The translations under genes and the position numbers were made by a program. This document shows, in pieces, positions 45,448-56,583 of a DNA stretch of 64,000 bases. The notes beneath the pieces are model-generated. The model ran no database searches. It saw only the letters and a list, made by a program, of their open reading frames with translations, and was not told the origin of the DNA. The stretch is from Nitrospirota bacterium (lineage in GTDB: Bacteria > Nitrospirota > Nitrospiria > 2-01-FULL-66-17): contig JBMOMC010000011.1 in the NCBI GenBank assembly GCA_049325335.1, positions 52,926 to 116,925 of the forward strand. The letters are read 5' to 3'. How positions within the stretch are numbered: position 1 is the stretch's first letter; every line of letters starts with the position of its first letter.

Positions 45448-45855
45448 TTACACCACTCCGGAATAGTACCGCACGATGTCGGAGATCGAGATAATGCCGA
45501 CCACGGTTTCGTTTTCCGTCACCGCCAAATGACGGATGCCGTGCTCCTTCATCAGTTTGACGGCTTCGATGATCGGCTCGTTGTCCTCGATCGACACGAT
45601 CTTGCGGTTCATCACGGCTTCCACCAGGGTGGTATTGGGGTCCAGGCCTTTGGCCACGGCGTTGCGGCTCAATCCAGCCTCGGTGATCACGCCCACGTAC
45701 CGCTTGTCGTCGTCCACGAAGAGCAGCCCGATCTTGTATCGTTGCAGCAACTTGCCCGCCTCTTTGAGCGTGGCGTTCCATCGCACGCTGCGTACGTCCT
45801 GGGTCATGTAGTCGGCCACCGTCGCATCCGTGTTCACCGCTCCCTGTGTTCTCAT
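45448..45855 (-). CDS. CBS domain pair protein
   Basis: VADYMT, YVGVITE and MKEHGIRHLAV..VVGIISISD motifs. Confidence 0.9.
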   Translation of the reverse strand: MRTQGAVNTDATVADYMTQDVRSVRWNATLKEAGKLLQRYKIGLLFVDDDKRYVGVITEAGLSRNAVAKGLDPNTTLVEAVMNRKIVSIEDNEPIIEAVKLMKEHGIRHLAVTENETVVGIISISDIVRYYSGVV

Positions 45856-46033
45856 GCCTCGTCCTCGCGTTGAAAAGTGATGGGTGTTGCGCGTTGCGGT
45901 CGATATCCGAGCGCAAGTGTACCAGATCAGCGCGGATCCGGCCGCTGCCGCGTCATTCGGCGATCCGCATGCGCGTGATCGGTGACATTCCGATCGGGCT
46001 CGTGATATAACGGCGTCCTGATCAGAGGCCCCG

Positions 46034-46110
46034 GCCCCCGTAGCTCAGTTGGATAGAGCAGCGGTTTCCTAAACCGCGTGTCGGCCGTTCAATTCGGCCC
46101 GGGGGCACCA
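46034..46110 (+). tRNA. tRNA-Arg (anticodon CCT)
   Basis: Acceptor stem GCCCCCG/CGGGGGC with ACCA end; D arm AGCTCAGTTGGATAGAGC; anticodon arm GCGGT-TTCCTAA-ACCGC; T loop GTTCAAT. Confidence 0.97.
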
Positions 46111-46270
46111 GCCAAACAGCATGGAACAGGCACACATCGTGATGTTGGGCAGGCCGTCGCACTGGGGCGGCGGACGCCGTGTGCACGATTGTACACGCGC
46201 CGGAACACGGAATTTCCTCGCCGCGCCCGTGGTTCCTCCTTCGAGTTTATTGAGTTCTGGGAGGCCCGTG

Positions 46271-46603
46271 ATGAGTTATACCCAATCCGCCGAGCAGCGT
46301 CCGTACGTTCGCGTCCCATTTGCTGGACCGGCCACGATTCGATTCGGCCCGACGTGTTTGATCGGCACGATCCGGGACATCAGTTTTTCGGGGTGTTTTA
46401 TCGCGGTGCCGCCGCGGTTCGACGTGGGCACCGCCATGAACATCACGATTTCGTTGGACGAGGGCGAAACGCAGTTCATCATGACCAACGCCCGGATCGT
46501 ACGGCGTTCGCCGCACGGCATCGGCGTGCGGTTCTCGTATATCGACGCGCGCACCCCACGGGTGCTCAAAGACTGGATCGAGGCTCGGCGCCCCGCGCCG
46601 TGA
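46271..46603 (+). CDS. PilZ domain protein (c-di-GMP receptor)
   Basis: RxxxR (RPYVR) and DxSxxG (DISFSG) motifs; GIGVRF. Confidence 0.85.
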   Translation: MSYTQSAEQRPYVRVPFAGPATIRFGPTCLIGTIRDISFSGCFIAVPPRFDVGTAMNITISLDEGETQFIMTNARIVRRSPHGIGVRFSYIDARTPRVLKDWIEARRPAP

Positions 46604-46683
46604 CGGCGATGCCGGTGCTCGTGGAGAGGCGCCGGGTTCGGTTGGTCGGTTCCCGGCAAGGGCTCGGTCCGAATGGGCGAGGC

Positions 46684-47295
46684 ATGGTGGCTTCTCTTCG
46701 CCGCGCATATACCTTGTGGGCTCCGTTTTACGACGTGGCCGTGGCCGCGTCGTTGGCCGACAGTCGCCGCGCAAGTTTGGCGGCGATGGGGGACGTGTCC
46801 GGGCAGCGAATCTTGTTGGTCGGCGTCGGCACCGGACTCGATGTCCCGTGGTTGAGACCGGGCGCCGCGTACGTAGGACTGGACCTGACTCCCGCCATGC
46901 TGCGACGAGCGCGCGAGAAGTCCCGGCGGTACGGGATCCCGACCGCGTTGTCCGTCGGCGACGCGATGAAGCTGCCGTTTCGCGAGGCCGCGTTCGATCG
47001 CGTGGTGCTCCACTTAATTCTAGCGGTGGTGCCGGATGCCGTTGCCGCGTTGCGTGAAGCGGCGCGCGTGGTGCGCCCGGGCGGCACGATTCATATTCTC
47101 GACAAGTTCCTCCGTCCCGGGCAATACGCGCCGGTCCGGCGCTGGTTGAGTCCCCTACTCGGGCGATTGGCCACGCACACCGACGTGGTTTTTGAAGACG
47201 TGTCGGCCGCCTGTCCCGGCGTCAGCGTGGTGAGCGATGAACCGGACCTCGCGCGAGGGTGGTTCCGGCGCATCGTGCTGAAGCGTCCGCGTTGA
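46684..47295 (+). CDS. Class I SAM-dependent methyltransferase (PmtA-like)
   Basis: YTLWAPFYD, LLVGVGTG, GDAMKLPF and RVVRPGG motifs. Confidence 0.85.
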   Translation: MVASLRRAYTLWAPFYDVAVAASLADSRRASLAAMGDVSGQRILLVGVGTGLDVPWLRPGAAYVGLDLTPAMLRRAREKSRRYGIPTALSVGDAMKLPFREAAFDRVVLHLILAVVPDAVAALREAARVVRPGGTIHILDKFLRPGQYAPVRRWLSPLLGRLATHTDVVFEDVSAACPGVSVVSDEPDLARGWFRRIVLKRPR

Positions 47296-47327
47296 CGTCG
47301 GCCGCACATTCCTTTGCGGAATTCCCT

Positions 47328-48827
47328 TTACGACACGCGAAACAGACTGAGCGGGCCCCTTTCCGCGACGAGCTGGAGGCGACCTTCGGCGAGCAACGGG
47401 GGGATCAGGCTCAGGAGCGGGCGGGAATAGCCGATCCCCACCTCCTCGCTCACGTAACGGGCGTCGATCAACAGATAGTCGATTTGTCGGTCGCGAAGGC
47501 GCTCGTGCCATTGATCGGCGGTCGACGCGTTGAACAGGTCCACGGGAGGATCGTCAAGATTCGGCATGGGCCACAAGACCTGTCGGCCCGTGTGGTAACG
47601 GACCTCGGCCCACCATTCAGTCACCACGGTGGCGTTTGGATCCGTGGTTGATGCAATCACGCGGAGCATCTCCGCGAAATTCCTCGACGGATTGAAGTTG
47701 ATTCGGTAGTTGGGCATCGTGACGACGTGAACCGTTGCAAAGAGGGCGATCACCGCCGCGCCGGACAGCAGCACCGGACGGCCGAAGCGCGAGAGGGCGT
47801 CCACGCCCAGGAAGGCGATCAGCGGCAGCAGAAAGAGGGTATGGCGTTCCACCAATCGTCGATCGACCAAAAACACGAGGATCAGCGCCGCCAATAATGA
47901 AAGATGGATTAGATACGGATAGTTCCGACGGCCGCGTATGACGAGCAACGCAACGGGGACGGCCAGCAGGACCATCGGCACCAGCCCCCATGTCGCGCGG
48001 ATGGTGTCGAAGAAGATGCCGTAGGGAACCTGCGCCGCATCCATAGCCGATGCCCACACCTCGGCATGACGGGTCGGCATCAGGAACAACAGCGGATTCT
48101 CGCCCCGGATCCACATCACACCCAGATACGTCACCGAGAACAGGCCCGCGATGCCGACGAGCCACGTCATCGCGCGCCGTTTCGGTGTGGGGCCGACCGC
48201 CAACACCCAACACCACACGACGAGATACACGGCGAGGATCAAGAGTCCGGTTTGTTTGGTCCACACCAAGAGGCCGGTCGCCGCTCCGGAGACGATCGCA
48301 TCGCGGCGTGCGGCGTGTTGTAGCACGAGCGCCAACCGCCACCAGGACACGCAAAATAGGGCGGCGGTCAACATCTCCACGTAAAATCGCAGGCTGTACA
48401 TCGCGAACAACGGCGTGGCGAGCAGGGCTAAGGCTAGGGCGGAGCGTTCGACGGGGCCGACCAAGGCGTTTCGACCGAGTACGATGAATCCGAGCAATGT
48501 GGCGCCGATCGCGATATTGAGATAGAACCACGCGCTCGGGCCGAACAGGTTGTAAAGCGCGGCGCCGATCGCGTGAAACAATGGCGGGTAGTCTAGGTGA
48601 TAGGGGTCGCGCATGATCTCCGTCGTCGTGGTGACCAGCCCTCCGGACGCGGCCATGATTCTGGTCACCAGCGCGTGCCAACATTCGTCCACGCTGAAAA
48701 ACGCGGTTGACGCGAATCCGGTGAGTCGGGCGACGTTGATGACGGTCAGCGAGAGGGCGACGGCCATTGCGACGTACGGGACGGCGGTGGTCAGCCGGGG
48801 TAGGCGCTGTCGGAACGCGGAGAACAT
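47328..48827 (-). CDS. GT-C fold membrane glycosyltransferase (ArnT/PMT-like)
   Basis: DE motif after the first TM; DYPPLF and WTKQTG motifs; many TM helices. Confidence 0.8.
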   Translation of the reverse strand: MFSAFRQRLPRLTTAVPYVAMAVALSLTVINVARLTGFASTAFFSVDECWHALVTRIMAASGGLVTTTTEIMRDPYHLDYPPLFHAIGAALYNLFGPSAWFYLNIAIGATLLGFIVLGRNALVGPVERSALALALLATPLFAMYSLRFYVEMLTAALFCVSWWRLALVLQHAARRDAIVSGAATGLLVWTKQTGLLILAVYLVVWCWVLAVGPTPKRRAMTWLVGIAGLFSVTYLGVMWIRGENPLLFLMPTRHAEVWASAMDAAQVPYGIFFDTIRATWGLVPMVLLAVPVALLVIRGRRNYPYLIHLSLLAALILVFLVDRRLVERHTLFLLPLIAFLGVDALSRFGRPVLLSGAAVIALFATVHVVTMPNYRINFNPSRNFAEMLRVIASTTDPNATVVTEWWAEVRYHTGRQVLWPMPNLDDPPVDLFNASTADQWHERLRDRQIDYLLIDARYVSEEVGIGYSRPLLSLIPPLLAEGRLQLVAERGPLSLFRVS

Positions 48828-48834
48828 CCTCCCG

Positions 48835-50001
48835 TTACCGCGCTCGCAGCGCGTCCACGATCCGAAGCCGCCCGGCCCGCATCGCGGGCAACACGCCGCC
48901 CACGAATCCCATCAACAGCGCGAACGCCAGCGACTGCGCGACGACCAGCGGGGACAACGCGAATCCGAACGCGATTTCCGTGAACGTCGAGAAGTTCACG
49001 GCGGAGATGTGCACGAAGCGCAGGAACCAGGCCGCGCCGAGCCCCGCCGCGCCGCCGAGCAATGAGAGCGCGAGGGCCTCGACCACGAACGCCGACCAGA
49101 TGGCGCGGCGACTGAACCCCAGCGCGCGCAGGGTCCCGATTTCCGACGTGCGATTGGACACCGCGGCGTACATGGTGATCATGGCGCCGATCATGGCGCC
49201 CAGGCTGAAGATCGCGGTGACCAACAGCCCCAGGACGCGAATGAAATTCGCGAGCACCTCGGACTGCGCCGCGTAATAGGCGCTCTCGCGCGCGACGTCC
49301 ACGGTCAGACGGGGATCCGCCTCCAAGCGGGCCTTGAGCGCGTTGAACGCCCGATCGTCGGGCACGCGCGCGAGCACGGACGAGTAGATGGTCCGACGAA
49401 ACGCCTGCATCATCTGATCCGCGTCCACCCAGATTTCCGAGTCAAATCCGGTTCCGCCCGCGTCGAACACGCCCACCACGGTCCAGTCGCGCAGCGCGAA
49501 CCGCAGGGTTTCGCCGAGCCCCGCGCCGGCAAACCGCGAAGCGATCGCGCGGCCCACGATAATTTCGGACGACCCCGGTTGCCACATGCGTCCCTCGACG
49601 AGCCGGACCTGCGGGCGCAGCGTCAGGGTCGCGGCCGAGGCGCCGCGAATTTGGACGTTCGAGGGTTTCCCGGTGCCGCGTTTGGGCAGGTTGATGATGG
49701 AGACGGTTTCCGCTCCGGCGAGGGCCGCGCCGTCCGCGCCGCGCGCGATTTCGTCCGCGGCGAGCATGACCTGGGCCTGGTCCCGGGCGATAAAGCTCTG
49801 GGTTTCCGCGGTGGCCGACCGTCGCGTGATCAACGCGTTGTCCGGCGAGCCGGTGCTCACCATGGTGCGTTCCAATCCGTGCGCCAACATCAACACCGCG
49901 GTGAACACGAACACCACGAGCGCCATGCCCGCGGCGGTCATGGCCGTGGTTAATCGACGTGATCGCAGGTTGTGTAGGCTGTAACGCAGGGGAACGGCCA
50001 T
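48835..50001 (-). CDS. ABC transporter permease (FtsX/MacB type)
   Basis: RTSEIGTLRALGF motif; MacB-type periplasmic domain; ends IVDALR. Confidence 0.92.
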   Translation of the reverse strand: MAVPLRYSLHNLRSRRLTTAMTAAGMALVVFVFTAVLMLAHGLERTMVSTGSPDNALITRRSATAETQSFIARDQAQVMLAADEIARGADGAALAGAETVSIINLPKRGTGKPSNVQIRGASAATLTLRPQVRLVEGRMWQPGSSEIIVGRAIASRFAGAGLGETLRFALRDWTVVGVFDAGGTGFDSEIWVDADQMMQAFRRTIYSSVLARVPDDRAFNALKARLEADPRLTVDVARESAYYAAQSEVLANFIRVLGLLVTAIFSLGAMIGAMITMYAAVSNRTSEIGTLRALGFSRRAIWSAFVVEALALSLLGGAAGLGAAWFLRFVHISAVNFSTFTEIAFGFALSPLVVAQSLAFALLMGFVGGVLPAMRAGRLRIVDALRAR

Positions 50002-50004
50002 GAT

Positions 50005-51168
50005 TTACCCGATGTGCCGGAGGCCGTTGGCGATGGTGGTGCGCGCTACGAACCACGACGGGATCGCCGCGGCCGCTACGGCCGCGGTCAGGTCCAACCC
50101 CGTTGCGAGCGCGAGGGTGACGGTCGAGACTTCGAACACCGGGAAAAACGGGCCGACTGCGGCGCCGAACGCGTGGGCCAGCGGAAACACCGTCGCCAGG
50201 CCTAACAAACCGCCAGCGGCCGCAAGCAGGACGGACTCGCCGTAGATCAGCCACGCGAGACGGGACGGGGAAAACCCCAGCGTCTTCATCACCGCGTATT
50301 CCGTCACGCGCTCGCGCACCGACATGGACATCGTATTCGCCAGCACGATCAGGATCAGCCCGACGATCACGATCGAGATCGCTTGGACCGCCAGCAGGAT
50401 CGCCTCGGTCATGGAGACGAACCCCATTTGAAATTCGCGTTCGGTTTCCGTGAGCGTCTCCGCCAACGAATTCGCGAACAGGCCGTCCACGGCGCGGCTG
50501 ACCTCGGCGGGGTCGCGGCCGTGGTCGATCGTGAACATATAAAACCCCACGTGGCCCGCCGCGTCCGGGAGCGTCTGTCGTATGTTCTGCTCCAGGGTAT
50601 CCCAATGGAAGAACATCTGCGTTTCGTCCGCGGTTTTCACCCGGGGGTCCGCGGCGTAGATTCCCCGGACGACGAAGTCCCAGTCCCCGGGGAAAAACGT
50701 GCCGCGCAGTCGCACGATGTCCCCGAGTGTCCACCCGTACCGATCCGCGAGCTTACGGCCCACCACCGCGGCGTTGCGTTCGGCCATGAACGCGTCCATC
50801 TGGTCGGGGGGGAGCTGGTACTCGGTGAACACGCGAAACCAGGTTTCCGCATCCACGCCGAACTGCGCGAAGAAATTCTTCTCGTCGATGTAGACGCCGC
50901 CGAACCAGTTCGCATACGTGACGTTCGAAATGCCCGGCACCTGCGCGATGCGGTCGCGGTACGCCAATGGCAGGGGAAAGGCGAGCGAGACCGCGTTTCG
51001 GGACACCAGCCGGTTTTGCTGCGAGGCGTTCACACCCGCGTACCACGCGTCCACCACGGTGCGGAGCATGGCGAACGCGAGCACGGCGATCGCCAGGCCA
51101 AAGACGGTGAGCACCGTCCGGAGCTTGTGTCGGAACGCGTTGGCGATGATCAATTTGATCAGCGGCAC
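50005..51168 (-). CDS. ABC transporter permease (FtsX/MacB type)
   Basis: RHKLRTVLT and SVRERVTEYAVMKTLGF motifs. Confidence 0.92.
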   Translation of the reverse strand: MPLIKLIIANAFRHKLRTVLTVFGLAIAVLAFAMLRTVVDAWYAGVNASQQNRLVSRNAVSLAFPLPLAYRDRIAQVPGISNVTYANWFGGVYIDEKNFFAQFGVDAETWFRVFTEYQLPPDQMDAFMAERNAAVVGRKLADRYGWTLGDIVRLRGTFFPGDWDFVVRGIYAADPRVKTADETQMFFHWDTLEQNIRQTLPDAAGHVGFYMFTIDHGRDPAEVSRAVDGLFANSLAETLTETEREFQMGFVSMTEAILLAVQAISIVIVGLILIVLANTMSMSVRERVTEYAVMKTLGFSPSRLAWLIYGESVLLAAAGGLLGLATVFPLAHAFGAAVGPFFPVFEVSTVTLALATGLDLTAAVAAAAIPSWFVARTTIANGLRHIG

Positions 51169-51192
51169 GTCAGCGCTCGCGCGGGTCGGAGG

Positions 51193-52446
51193 TCATGACG
51201 CGGGACGTCGCACGACCACGCGCGCGCCATCGGCCAGTTGTTCGGGCGGGTTGAGCACCACCCGGTCGCCCGAGGCCACGGCCCCGCGCACCTCGACCAC
51301 GCCGTTGCCCGACGCACCAGTCTCCACCGTGGTGCGCACCGCGCGGTTGTCGCGGACCAGAAACACGGCCTTGCGCCCGTCCTGTTCCGTGATCGCGTCC
51401 GGCGGCACCGCGATCCGCGGCGCGTCAGAGGGCGGAGCGGACGGCGCGCCGGACAGGAACGCAACCTTGGCGCTCATTTCGGGCAGCACGCGATCATCGA
51501 GTTGCTCGAAACGAATCTTGGTGAGCACGGTGGCCTTGGCGCGGTCCGCGGTGGGCACGATGGTGGCCACCACGCCCTGGTAGCGTTGCTGTGGGTAGGC
51601 ATCGAGCGTGATCTCGCAGGGCGAGCCCTGCGTCACCTGATCCAGGTGACGTTCCGAAACATCGGCCTCGACCATCAGCGACCGCATGTCCGCGATCCGC
51701 ACCACCGCGGCGCGCGCCGTGGTGGAGGACCCGAACGGGGCCACGATTTCACCCACGTCCGCGTTCTTGGTGAGCACGGTGCCGTCGAACGGCGCGCGAA
51801 TCACGGTGTTATCCAGTTCCACCGCGGCGGCCCGCACCAAAGCCTCCGCGGCCCGAACCTGCGCCTCGGCCGACGCCACGCCGGCCTGCGCCGTGGCATG
51901 CCGCGCTGTGGCCAGGTCGAACTCCGCGTTTGAAATTAAATCGGCTTGGAGCAACCCTTGCTTGCGCTCGAAATCCAATCGGGCTTCATTGGCCGCGGCC
52001 GATGCCTGGACCACGGCCGCTTGCGCGGCGGACACGCTGGCCTGCGCTTGATGCAGCCTGGCGGTCATGTCCGCGCTCTCGATCCTGGCCAACACCTGCC
52101 CCGCGGTCACGCGGTCGCCAGGCCCGACGTAGAGCGCGACCAACCGGCCAGTGGCTTTGGATGCCACGTCAGCCTGGCGTTGCGCGACCACGTAGCCGCT
52201 GGCGTGCAGGAGGGGTGATACGTTGGTCGCGCCGATGGTCGTGGCCGTCCCGACCTCCACCGGGATCGCCGCCGTGCTCCACGAATACGCGGCCCATGCC
52301 CCGACCAGCGCGATCGCCACCGCAATGCCCCACCCGAAAAACGGGCGGCCCGAGCGGTGCGGCCCGGATTCGGGCGGGCGGTTGATCCGAAGTGCCGACA
52401 GATCAACGGGGTCGCTGGAGGAAGTGTGTCCGGATGCGGATGACAT
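51193..52446 (-). CDS. Efflux membrane fusion protein (HlyD/MacA-like)
   Basis: ASGYVVAQR, IRAPFDGTV and VEADVSE motifs. Confidence 0.92.
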   Translation of the reverse strand: MSSASGHTSSSDPVDLSALRINRPPESGPHRSGRPFFGWGIAVAIALVGAWAAYSWSTAAIPVEVGTATTIGATNVSPLLHASGYVVAQRQADVASKATGRLVALYVGPGDRVTAGQVLARIESADMTARLHQAQASVSAAQAAVVQASAAANEARLDFERKQGLLQADLISNAEFDLATARHATAQAGVASAEAQVRAAEALVRAAAVELDNTVIRAPFDGTVLTKNADVGEIVAPFGSSTTARAAVVRIADMRSLMVEADVSERHLDQVTQGSPCEITLDAYPQQRYQGVVATIVPTADRAKATVLTKIRFEQLDDRVLPEMSAKVAFLSGAPSAPPSDAPRIAVPPDAITEQDGRKAVFLVRDNRAVRTTVETGASGNGVVEVRGAVASGDRVVLNPPEQLADGARVVVRRPAS

Positions 52447-52536
52447 GCCCGGCGCATTATATCGACTCGGCGCGGCGATGGCGAGCCCCCGGCGCACGCT
52501 TGACAGGCATCGGTCGGTTCGCGTACAGTCGGCGTA

Positions 52537-54155
<1,619 letters not shown>

Positions 54156-54159
<4 letters not shown>

Positions 54160-55457
54160 CGCGCCGGACCGAGAGCCGCTCGCTCTTGATCCGCGGCGGG
54201 CGGGTCATCGACCCGGCGAGCGGGCTCGACGCGGTGTGTGATATCGAAATAATCGACGGGAAAATTGCGGCCTGCGGGACCGGGCTCAAACCATCGCCCA
54301 CGACCGAGGTATTCAACGCGACAGGACTGGTGGTCTGTCCCGGGTTGATCGACCTGCACACGCACGTGCGCGAGCCCGGATACGAGTATAAGGAAACCAT
54401 CAAGAGCGCCACCGCGGCCGCAGCGGCCGGCGGGTTTACCACGGTGTTCGCCATGCCCAACACCAACCCGATCAACGACACCCGCGCGGTCACGGAACTG
54501 GTGCTCGACGTGGCACGGCGAGAGGGATCGGTCAACGTGAACCCTGTGGGCGCGATCACCAAGGGTTCGAAGGGCGAAGAGTTGGCTGAGATCGGCGAAT
54601 TGGTGGAGGCGGGTTGCCTTGCGATCTCGGACGACGGGCGGCCCGTCACCAGCAGCCTACTGATGCGCCGCGCCTTGGAATACTCGCTGTCGTTCAACGT
54701 GCCGGTGATCGACCACTGCGAAGACCTCTGCTTGTCGTCCGGCGGGGTGATGCACGAGGGCAGGGTCTCGACCATGCTGGGGCTCAAGGGCGTGCCGGCC
54801 GCGGCCGAAACCGTGATGGTCGCGCGCGATCTGGCGTTGGCCGAGTTGACCGGCGGGCGGCTGCACTTGGCCCACATGAGCTGCGCCGCGTCGGTACGCA
54901 TGATCCGCGAGGCCAAGGGACGTGGGGTGCGCGTGACGGCTGAGGCATGCCCGCATCACTTCTCGCTGACCGACGAAGCCGTGATCGGGTTTCAAGCCGA
55001 CGCCAAGATGAATCCGCCGCTGCGCAGCCGCGAAGACGTGCTGGCCGTGATCGACGGCTTGGCGGACGGCACCATCGATGCGATCGCCACGGATCACGCG
55101 CCCCACGCGCCCGAGGAGAAGTCCTGGCCTATCGCGGAGGCGCCGTTCGGCATCGTGGGATTGGAAACTGCCTTGCCGCTCGCGTTGGCGCTGACGGCGA
55201 ACGGCTGCGTCTCGCTGCCCCAGGTCATCGCATTGTTGACCGCGAAACCCGCCGCGGTGATGGATATCGATCGCGGGAGCCTGCGCGTGGGTTCGGTCGC
55301 GGACGTGACCATTTTCGACCCGGACGCGGAGTGGGTGGTTGATCCGTCCGCGTTCCGTTCCAAGAGCCGCAATACACCGTTTGCCGGGTGGAAAATGCGC
55401 GGCCGCGTGATCAAAACACTGGTGGGCGGGAAGGTGGTGTATGACGCGAACGCCTAA
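54156..55457 (+). CDS. pyrC: Dihydroorotase
   Basis: [17 protein letters not shown] and ATDHAPH motifs. Confidence 0.97.
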
Positions 55458-56580
55458 ACGACCCGCCATGCTCGCGTTGGCGGACGGGACCGTGTTTCGC
55501 GGCGCCGCGTTCGGCGCGGACGGGGAGTCGGTGGGCGAGGTGGTGTTCAACACCAGCCTGTCGGGGTACCAGGAGATTCTCACGGATCCGTCGTACCGCG
55601 GACAGATCGTGGTGATGACCGCGCCGCAAATCGGTAACTACGGGGTGAACCCCGAGGACGTGGAGTCCGGCCGCGTGTGGGTGGAAGGCTTCGTGGTCAA
55701 GGAGTGCTCACCCGTGTCGAGCAATTGGCGCGCGCGCCAGAACCTCAACGATTACTTGAAGGACGCGGGGGTGGTCGGAATCGAGGGTATCGACACCCGC
55801 GCCCTGACCAAACACCTCCGCGACTCCGGCGCGCAGGAAGGCGTGTTGTCCACGATCGACCTGGATGAAAAACGGTTAGTGACTAAGGCCAAGGCTTCGC
55901 CCGGATTGGTGGGCAGGGACCTCGTGCGCGACGTCACGTGTCAGAAGTCGTACGAGTGGATCGAGCCGACGTGGAATTCCCGCTCTAGCTCCTCCCCCCT
56001 TGCGGGGGAGGGCAGGGTGGGTGGCGCGCGTGTGATCGTCTACGACTTCGGCGTGAAACGCAACATTCTCCGAAGCCTGGTGTCTTCCGGATGCCTCGTC
56101 ACCGTGGTTCCAGCCTCCACACCGGCGGCCGATGTGTTGGGGGCAAAACCCGACGGCGTGGTGCTGTCCAATGGTCCCGGTGATCCCGCGGCCGTGACCT
56201 ACGCGGTGGAAGCCGCGCGGGCCTTGGTCGGGCGCGTGCCCATGTTCGGCATCTGCCTCGGGCACCAGATTCTGGGCTTGGCCATGGGTGGAACCACCTC
56301 TAAGTTGAAGTTCGGGCACCACGGCGGAAACCAGCCCGTGCTCGATCTCGCGTCGAACCAGGTCACGATCACGGCGCAGAACCATGGGTTCACCGTGGAT
56401 CTGGAATCACTCAGAGGCGAGGTGGAAGCCACGCACGTGAATTTGAACGATCGCACGGTGGAAGGTTTGCAGCACAAGAAGCTGCCGATCTTCTCGGTGC
56501 AATACCACCCCGAAGCCTCGCCCGGCCCGCACGACGCGGGGTACTTGTTTCAGCGGTTTATGGACGTGATCAACCGGTAA
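55441..56580 (+). CDS. carA: Carbamoyl-phosphate synthase small subunit
   Basis: [21 protein letters not shown] and [10 protein letters not shown] motifs. Confidence 0.98.
   Translation: MTRTPKRPAMLALADGTVFRGAAFGADGESVGEVVFNTSLSGYQEILTDPSYRGQIVVMTAPQIGNYGVNPEDVESGRVWVEGFVVKECSPVSSNWRARQNLNDYLKDAGVVGIEGIDTRALTKHLRDSGAQEGVLSTIDLDEKRLVTKAKASPGLVGRDLVRDVTCQKSYEWIEPTWNSRSSSSPLAGEGRVGGARVIVYDFGVKRNILRSLVSSGCLVTVVPASTPAADVLGAKPDGVVLSNGPGDPAAVTYAVEAARALVGRVPMFGICLGHQILGLAMGGTTSKLKFGHHGGNQPVLDLASNQVTITAQNHGFTVDLESLRGEVEATHVNLNDRTVEGLQHKKLPIFSVQYHPEASPGPHDAGYLFQRFMDVINR
55989..56024. repeat. REP-like hairpin element inside the carA coding sequence
   Basis: CCTCCCCC-CTTGC-GGGGGAGG followed by GCAGGGTGGGTGG; translates as [11 protein letters not shown]. 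Confidence 0.6.
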
Positions 56581-56583
56581 CGT

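Noticed and set aside
46034..47300. Genomic island integrated at tRNA-Arg
   Set aside because: No integrase is present, I saw no duplicated tRNA 3' end, and the flanking genes are ordinary
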